Shown piece by piece: positions 38,351 to 44,532 of a DNA stretch of 44,532 nucleotides. The stretch comes from Desulfurococcaceae archaeon (lineage in GTDB: Archaea; Thermoproteota; Thermoprotei_A; Sulfolobales; NBVN01), in NCBI GenBank assembly GCA_020832985.1, contig JAJHRE010000004.1, positions 1 through 44,532 of the forward strand, read 5' to 3'. Every line of letters begins with the position of its first letter. Within the stretch, counting starts at the first letter, position 1. Under the pieces are notes generated by a model. It worked only from the letters and a program-made list of their open reading frames with translations, was not told where the DNA came from and made no database searches. A program made the translations under genes and the position numbers.

Positions 38351-38404
38351 TACGTCATTTGTTGTAGTTAAGTTTATATATTTATACTGTCACACTTCTA
38401 AGGT

Positions 38405-39628
38405 GTGGGCTTGTCGATGAGTAATGTATCTAGGTTCATAGCCCGTAGGGTTGAGTTGATGAGGTCTTCAGAGATTAGAGAGTTGCTTAAGATCGTCGGT
38501 AGTAGGAAGGTGATTAGTCTTGCTGGAGGACTCCCAGACCCGCAGACATTCCCTAAAGAGGAGTTAGTCAGGATATGTAGTAAGGTGTTGATGGAGCGTG
38601 GGGATAGTGCTCTTCAGTACAGTCCTACTAAGGGGGTAGATGAATTCAGGTATGAGTTAATTAAGTTCTTAAGTAATAAAGGTGTGAAGGTGTCTAAGGA
38701 TGATGATTTGATAGTAACTACAGGTAGTCAACAAGCACTTCATATAATTGCTTTAACGTTGATAGACCCTAAGGATTACGTAGTTATGGAGCTCCCATCA
38801 TATCTAGGAGCTATTAATGCCTTCAGACTTAGTGAGCCGAACTTTATCGGTATACCGTTAGATGATGACGGTATGAATACGGATATCCTCGAAGTAAGGT
38901 TGAGGAGGTTATATGCTGAGGGTAAGAAAGTAAAGCTATTATATACTATACCTATAGCTCATAACCCAGCTGGGGTTACTATGAGTTTAGATAGGAGGAA
39001 GCATTTAGTAGAGCTAGCTGAGAAATACGATTTCCTAATAGTTGAGGACGACCCCTATAGTTCATTCACCTACGAACCTACAGATACTACACCATTAAAG
39101 AGTTTAAGTAGTAGTGGTAGGGTTATATATGTAAGTACGTTAAGTAAGATACTCTCTCCAGGCTTTAGAATAGGTTGGATAGTAGCTCATAACGATATAG
39201 TGAAGGAGTTTGAGAAGTGTAAGCAATCTCTAGACTTACACACACCGACATTCACTCAATACCTCTCAGCAGAGGCTTTAAGGACCGGTATAGTTAACTC
39301 AGTCATTGAGAAGGCTAAGGCCATATACAAACGTAAGAAAGACGTTATGTTAGAGGCTTTAGAGGATTATATGGTGCCTGGGTGTTGGTGGTCTAGACCG
39401 GTTGGTGGTCTGTTCGTAATGCTTAGACTACCTAGGGAAGATATGAATACCTCAGAGATGTTATTAGATGCTATAGAGGCTGGAGTAGCTTATGTACCAG
39501 GGGCATCCTTCTACGTTGATGGGAGTGGGGCTAACACTATGAGACTTAACTTTAGTTATCCGAAGGAGGAGCAGATAGTTGAAGGTATTAAGATATTAAG
39601 TAATGTTATTAAATCACGTCTTCAATAA
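38405..39628 (+). CDS. PLP-dependent class I/II aminotransferase (2-aminoadipate/aromatic transaminase-like)
   Basis: SLAGGLPD, HNPAG, EDDPY, STLSKILSPGFRIGW, MRLNFS. Confidence 0.93.
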   Translation: MGLSMSNVSRFIARRVELMRSSEIRELLKIVGSRKVISLAGGLPDPQTFPKEELVRICSKVLMERGDSALQYSPTKGVDEFRYELIKFLSNKGVKVSKDDDLIVTTGSQQALHIIALTLIDPKDYVVMELPSYLGAINAFRLSEPNFIGIPLDDDGMNTDILEVRLRRLYAEGKKVKLLYTIPIAHNPAGVTMSLDRRKHLVELAEKYDFLIVEDDPYSSFTYEPTDTTPLKSLSSSGRVIYVSTLSKILSPGFRIGWIVAHNDIVKEFEKCKQSLDLHTPTFTQYLSAEALRTGIVNSVIEKAKAIYKRKKDVMLEALEDYMVPGCWWSRPVGGLFVMLRLPREDMNTSEMLLDAIEAGVAYVPGASFYVDGSGANTMRLNFSYPKEEQIVEGIKILSNVIKSRLQ

Positions 39629-40522
39629 CTTACTAACTACTATCACTCTCCAAAAGTGGAACATACTGTTAAGTGCTTTATCGTAATCATCTACGATACT
39701 GATTAAATTCTTTAAATTACCTAAATCATTCTTAAGAATGTTTACACTAGTATTTAAGTCACCGTAATTTAATATCTTCAACCTGACATTACTAGTTATG
39801 AGGTTTAGACATAGTAAGTTAGTTAGTTGTTTAGGGATTGTGGGGGGTATGAGGATTAACCCACGATCCTTAACATGTTTAGAAGCTCTAGATATGAGGT
39901 AACTACTTAAAGTTAGTACTAACACAACGTCGTAGTATTCCTTACTAATATTATCGTAATTTGCTACGTAAACACCTACTTCAGCTATCTTCTGTAGGAA
40001 TTTATGACTATGATAACATACTATGTAAGCATTACATAGTTTACTAATAGACTTAGTAATTACGTAGGAAGTAGGCCCACACCCCAATATTAAAACTTCC
40101 TTACCCTTAACATACCTAATTAAATCCTGAATATATGAGAGCTCAGCATAGACGAGTACTTCAGGGTTTTGGATATAGTATTCACTAATAGGTATTAACA
40201 CATTATGAGGAAGTACTGCGTATTCAGTAAGTATGCCGTCGAAATCAACCCCGCCTATGCTGTCATACCTAGGTAATAGTAGGAAGTACTTACCAATTAA
40301 ATTACTATCTAAGTCTCTACCAACATCAATTACTCTGACAATACCTAAAGACCCTAAAATCCTACCAACTTCGATGGGGATCATACCTAAGGATACTGCC
40401 CTCTCAATATGTGTGATTCCTGCTAATACTGTCTTACCTAGGATATAGCCTTGTCTTATGTAGGGTCTTAAAACATCTACAACCTTAACAGAACCATCCC
40501 ATAAAACCCCCTTCACTGTCAA
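39614..40522 (-). CDS. Zn-dependent alcohol dehydrogenase (MDR)-like protein, degenerate active site
   Basis: GroES-like N-terminus, DGILTEY, VLILGCGP; lacks the C/GHE zinc ligands. Confidence 0.6.
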   Translation of the reverse strand: MTVKGVLWDGSVKVVDVLRPYIRQGYILGKTVLAGITHIERAVSLGMIPIEVGRILGSLGIVRVIDVGRDLDSNLIGKYFLLLPRYDSIGGVDFDGILTEYAVLPHNVLIPISEYYIQNPEVLVYAELSYIQDLIRYVKGKEVLILGCGPTSYVITKSISKLCNAYIVCYHSHKFLQKIAEVGVYVANYDNISKEYYDVVLVLTLSSYLISRASKHVKDRGLILIPPTIPKQLTNLLCLNLITSNVRLKILNYGDLNTSVNILKNDLGNLKNLISIVDDYDKALNSMFHFWRVIVVSKLLKT

Positions 40523-40590
40523 TCACTAATATATCTTTTAATGATTAAATATAATATTATTGTAAGCTTTAGTAATTAGGGTATTAGTAA

Positions 40591-40980
40591 GTGAGTGAGT
40601 ATAAACCGTTACTTGCTACTGGGGAGTTAGTTAAGGACTACACACCATTGTTTCAATATATTAAAACAGCTGTGGAGATGGGTAGAGATAAAGCTAAGGA
40701 GGAGGTCATCATTAAGAATTCAGACCTAGAGAAGGTGAGGGAGTTAGCTAGCACGACTAAATTATCTCTACCTGACCTAATAAATAGGTTGTCTGATTAT
40801 GTAAGACATCGTATAGACCCTGAAGTTGCTGTTAAGGCATTAGCTAAATACTTAGGTCGTGAAGTATCTGAAGAATATGCAGTCCTCTACTATTCTAGAT
40901 TAATTGCTTGTTGGGCTATTGAAGCAGCTACGACTTTAAACATGGTGAAGATCTCCGGTAGAGCCGCTAACTTAATTTAA
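40591..40980 (+). CDS. Hypothetical protein
   Basis: 129-aa helical ORF with host-like codon usage. Confidence 0.6.
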   Translation: MSEYKPLLATGELVKDYTPLFQYIKTAVEMGRDKAKEEVIIKNSDLEKVRELASTTKLSLPDLINRLSDYVRHRIDPEVAVKALAKYLGREVSEEYAVLYYSRLIACWAIEAATTLNMVKISGRAANLI

Positions 40981-43222
40981 TGTTACTTAATGAATTCTCA
41001 TCAAGTTTGTAAAGTGTCGTTATTAAGTATATAGTTGACGTAATTCTTGAGATCGCTATATAGGATGGTTTGAAATACTTCATCTCAGTAGTGTAGATCT
41101 TCGTTGGTGTTCCGGACTGAGTGAAGAGGTCGTAGACTTCATAGCCTAGAGGACCCCACACACTCCGTGCTGTATCAACTAGTAATTTGTAGAGGAGTGC
41201 TTCAGAAACCTTACTAGAGTTCCAGTTAGGTAGTACGAATGAATATACAGTACCTTGTGAGGTGGTATACCTATAGATCTTAACGTGCTCACCACCACCT
41301 AAGGCTATCTCCTTATCTATATCGACACCAGCTATTCTGAACATTGCGGAGATAGCTTTAGCACCATCAGCTCCTAAGAAGATCGGTGTCCCATCAGGTC
41401 TTGAGAGGACTAGAGGTCCTGGATATACCCTCTTACTAGTATCATCAACTATGAAGAACTCGTAAGTAGCTACGTATAACTTATCAGGAGGTATCTTAAA
41501 ATATTTCAGCAAGGTATTTACGGCTGAATCCTCATCACTAGTTAACGCTTTTGCTAGTAGGTGTATTTGCGTGAAGTTTAATGTTGACCCATCAGCTAGT
41601 GAGGCTCTCTCACCAACCACTGAGATCCAGTAGCCGTAATCCCACCAAGCAACAATTACAGCATCTCTATCTGTGTTGTTCTTAATCCAGTTTAAAGTAT
41701 TTATCCATGATGGAATATTTAGATTTAAACCAACTCCAGACTCTATAATTGTCGGTACTACTGACCTATACGGAGGTACCCACACATACAGTCCTTGAAG
41801 TATGACGGAGATTACGTAGATGGTTAGTAAGGTTATGGCTAAGATCTTAGAGAACCACCCAGTCTTACTCTTAATGAATATCTTGGGTGTTAGTAGTTCT
41901 CCGAGAACACATCCTGAAACTAGAGCTACTACTAAGTTACTGTATGAGAAGAAGTAGGCTACGTTTGAAGTAGCTACTACAGAGATTATCAGTAAGAACA
42001 TCATGAAGAGTTGGTTAAGGTCTTTACGTACTAACACCTTATACATCATGTAGGGAATACATACTAAGGAGATTACCAATGGAGCACCACCTAAGTATAT
42101 GAACTCTGACGGTGTAGCACTTCTATATTGAGCTATAGTACCTGTTAATACTCCCGCTATACTTCCTAAACCCATAGCTGCTAACCCCTTACCACCTATC
42201 CCTACAAAACCTGTGGTTAACGCTACTATACCTAAAGACCCGAATAAAGCTAAGACTATGAAGTAGATAAGCCTCGGTCTATACAGCTTAGAATTCCTTC
42301 TAATAACCCCTAACTTAGGTAGGTAGAAGATGGTGAGAGCTATGACTAATACTATAGTACCTAGCGGGATCATTAAACCAGCATTCCTTATTAAGTATTC
42401 ATATCCGTTGTAATACGATGGTGTAAGTAGTATAAATAGTGTTAAAGGCAAGATCTCATAAATCCAGAGTTTAAAATACTTCATATCCATATTACCTACT
42501 ATTAACGGTGTTAACACATACTGTAGGAATATAGCTGCTAAGACTAAGTTAAATCCTGCCCAACTAATAGCTGAGACCCCTAATACCACACCACATAGTA
42601 GTGCAGAAATCGTAGAACCCCTTCTAAATGCCCTCACATGGAGATATATAGCCGGGAATATGAAGGCAAGACCTAGAACGTACTTAACCGTGAAACCAGC
42701 TACCTGCCTATCAATAAACATTAATGATGCTGTTAATGATGCTATAGTAGCTGGTAGTGGGCCGTAGAGTTCACGAACTGTTAAGTATATACCTACAACA
42801 CTAACTATGTATAGTAATATGGGTAGGTAGACAAGCCATTCGTAAATGGTTAGTGATGGATTTACAGCATGTGCTATGTAGTAGGTGAGTAATGAGATGT
42901 AAGGAAGTGCTGGTAGTTCAGTAGTGGGGATATCCCTACCGTAGGGGTACCAGAATATCTTAGTTACCGGGTTCTCACTAGTTAATGACATATAGTATGT
43001 AAGACCGTTCTCATATAACTTACTAACTATCCAATAGTTTAGGAACGGATCCATCTCATAAAGTGTAGGGCCGTAACCATATTTCAACGCGTTATAAACT
43101 GGTTGTAGTCTAAGGTAGGATCCAACAGCTAACGATAAGATAAGTATAAATATACATGCTACCTCTATTAGGAGTGTTTTATATTGCTTAACATCCCTAG
43201 ACATATCACCAACCATCAACAA
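40967..43222 (-). CDS. aglB: Oligosaccharyltransferase AglB (STT3)
   Basis: EMDPF, FWYPYGRD, TIAQY, AWWDYGYWI, DGAKA; about 13 TM helices. Confidence 0.95.
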   Translation of the reverse strand: MLMVGDMSRDVKQYKTLLIEVACIFILILSLAVGSYLRLQPVYNALKYGYGPTLYEMDPFLNYWIVSKLYENGLTYYMSLTSENPVTKIFWYPYGRDIPTTELPALPYISLLTYYIAHAVNPSLTIYEWLVYLPILLYIVSVVGIYLTVRELYGPLPATIASLTASLMFIDRQVAGFTVKYVLGLAFIFPAIYLHVRAFRRGSTISALLCGVVLGVSAISWAGFNLVLAAIFLQYVLTPLIVGNMDMKYFKLWIYEILPLTLFILLTPSYYNGYEYLIRNAGLMIPLGTIVLVIALTIFYLPKLGVIRRNSKLYRPRLIYFIVLALFGSLGIVALTTGFVGIGGKGLAAMGLGSIAGVLTGTIAQYRSATPSEFIYLGGAPLVISLVCIPYMMYKVLVRKDLNQLFMMFLLIISVVATSNVAYFFSYSNLVVALVSGCVLGELLTPKIFIKSKTGWFSKILAITLLTIYVISVILQGLYVWVPPYRSVVPTIIESGVGLNLNIPSWINTLNWIKNNTDRDAVIVAWWDYGYWISVVGERASLADGSTLNFTQIHLLAKALTSDEDSAVNTLLKYFKIPPDKLYVATYEFFIVDDTSKRVYPGPLVLSRPDGTPIFLGADGAKAISAMFRIAGVDIDKEIALGGGEHVKIYRYTTSQGTVYSFVLPNWNSSKVSEALLYKLLVDTARSVWGPLGYEVYDLFTQSGTPTKIYTTEMKYFKPSYIAISRITSTIYLITTLYKLDENSLSNIKLS

Positions 43223-43429
43223 CTATAGTTTTTAACGTTTTAAATCTTAGATTTAGTCCATTCTGTAATGTAGGAGATAGGTATATGGACTAACTACGTA
43301 TATGAGGACTTCATAAACATCACATTAACGTAATACCTAGGTAATACTTTTTTAAGTAGTGTTTTGGTGACTCATTATGAGTAGTACTTAAATTACGTAA
43401 CAGGGTTAATCATTTAGGAAGTAGTTCTT

Positions 43430-44125
43430 ATGGTCGGTATCAGCGAGTCTATAGTGCTTGACCTCCTCTACAAGTATGGGGAGAAAGCATATTTAGTGTT
43501 GAAGACAGCTTATGAGTTATATAAGGTGAATGTTATTGATGGTAGGAAAGTTCTTGGGGATTTCGACTTTAAATCATTAGTTAGTAAGTTACGTGAGAAA
43601 GGTTTTAACTATAACCCTAATCAATTACTTAGAATTATGGAGAGGGATTTCGGTGTTATAGAAACTACTTATAGGTCATCTAATCAGAGGTGGTGGAGGT
43701 TTACAGACCCTACAGCTATTTCTAAAGCTTTAGATATTTATGAGGGTAGGTATGAAGACTCTTTAGATAACGACCCTGAAGTAACTCTACTTAAACTTCA
43801 GGTGGAGGTTGTTGACATAGACGGCATATTAAACTTCATATCCGAACTCTCGGCTAAGAACTCATTAACAGTTAGTGATAAGAGTAAGTTGAAACAGATG
43901 TTATTTAACGATATACCTATAGTTGTGAAACTCTTCAAAGAGACTCAAAATTATGAGAATTACTTTAAAGATTTTAATAGTAAAGTTAGGTTAATGTTTA
44001 AGTACTTAAACATACTTATTAAGAAGTTTAAAGGTATAAATATCGATTTAGACGTTAATGAGAAGGAAGAACAGTATCGTAGGGATTCCCTAGCTAGATT
44101 AGATATGTTAAGTAGTAAGTCTTAA
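43430..44125 (+). CDS. Crenarchaeal hypothetical protein, winged-helix-like N-terminus
   Basis: GDFDFKSLVSKL...YNPNQLLRIMERDFGVIETTYRSSNQRWWRF. Confidence 0.65.
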   Translation: MVGISESIVLDLLYKYGEKAYLVLKTAYELYKVNVIDGRKVLGDFDFKSLVSKLREKGFNYNPNQLLRIMERDFGVIETTYRSSNQRWWRFTDPTAISKALDIYEGRYEDSLDNDPEVTLLKLQVEVVDIDGILNFISELSAKNSLTVSDKSKLKQMLFNDIPIVVKLFKETQNYENYFKDFNSKVRLMFKYLNILIKKFKGINIDLDVNEKEEQYRRDSLARLDMLSSKS

Positions 44126-44532
44126 CTCCCTAGATAGTGTGTGGAGTCTATTAAGCATATAGCTAATGACTTCCTTAAGAACCTCCTCATTATTATACCC
44201 AGCAACTATCTGTCTTAACTCATCAACTCTAAACCCTTTTAAACTCTCAACTTCCTCAATCAGCTTAGGTAAAGCCCTTACAATATTATCAACTATAGTT
44301 ATTGATGCAGCTCTCGAAGTTCTTGATAAGGGGTTTAGATCTATGGCTATGACGGTCTTACCTAACCTCCTAAGAGCTTCAGTCCTATCCCCATCCTCTA
44401 ACGGCACTAACACAGTATCGGCCTTATAGATACCTCTTAAACTAACTTTACGTCTCTCACTATGGATTTCAGGTATAGTGGTTAGGACGTCCCCCTCCAC
44501 ACCTAAAACTTCATCAGCTCCGTAAGATCTTA
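44108..44532 (-). CDS. pps: Phosphopantothenate synthetase (4-phosphopantoate--beta-alanine ligase), C-terminal part
   Basis: SERRKV...GIYKADTVLVPLEDGDRTEAL, IDLNPLSRT, IVDNIVRA; frame open to the window end. Confidence 0.93.
   Translation of the reverse strand, partial: RSYGADEVLGVEGDVLTTIPEIHSERRKVSLRGIYKADTVLVPLEDGDRTEALRRLGKTVIAIDLNPLSRTSRAASITIVDNIVRALPKLIEEVESLKGFRVDELRQIVAGYNNEEVLKEVISYMLNRLHTLSRELRLTT

Overview
AT-rich chromosomal segment of a hyperthermophilic crenarchaeon (Thermoproteota, most like Desulfurococcales), inferred from archaeal TBP, Orc1/Cdc6, AglB, HMG-CoA synthase/thiolase/DUF35 operon, phosphopantothenate synthetase, a GC-rich tRNA-Leu and C/D-box sRNAs. It is mostly housekeeping: prs, radical SAM enzymes, hypE, moaD-moaE, mgtE, an oligopeptide ABC operon, hsp20 and an aminotransferase. 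The unusual signals are mainly non-coding or sub-genic. (i) At 35.3-36.75 kb, a divergent RHH regulator / HTH-zinc-finger gene pair is followed by an orphan one-spacer CRISPR-like unit and a separately promoted ~200-nt structured K-turn RNA that I cannot assign to a known class. (ii) C/D guide RNAs are present, one with both guides matching tRNA-Thr(UGU), including wobble U34. (iii) An SSV-type integrase N-terminal relic runs through tRNA-Leu next to cdc6. (iv) There are two isolated IS200/IS605 right-end-like palindromes. (v) The thiolase lacks both catalytic cysteines. (vi) oppD and oppF share an identical 101-nt 3' end. (vii) An SDR gene is frameshifted. (viii) Some genes probably start at ATA. 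(ix) GTANTAC palindromes recur in promoters. All family calls are from recognised motifs and recall; no database searches were run.
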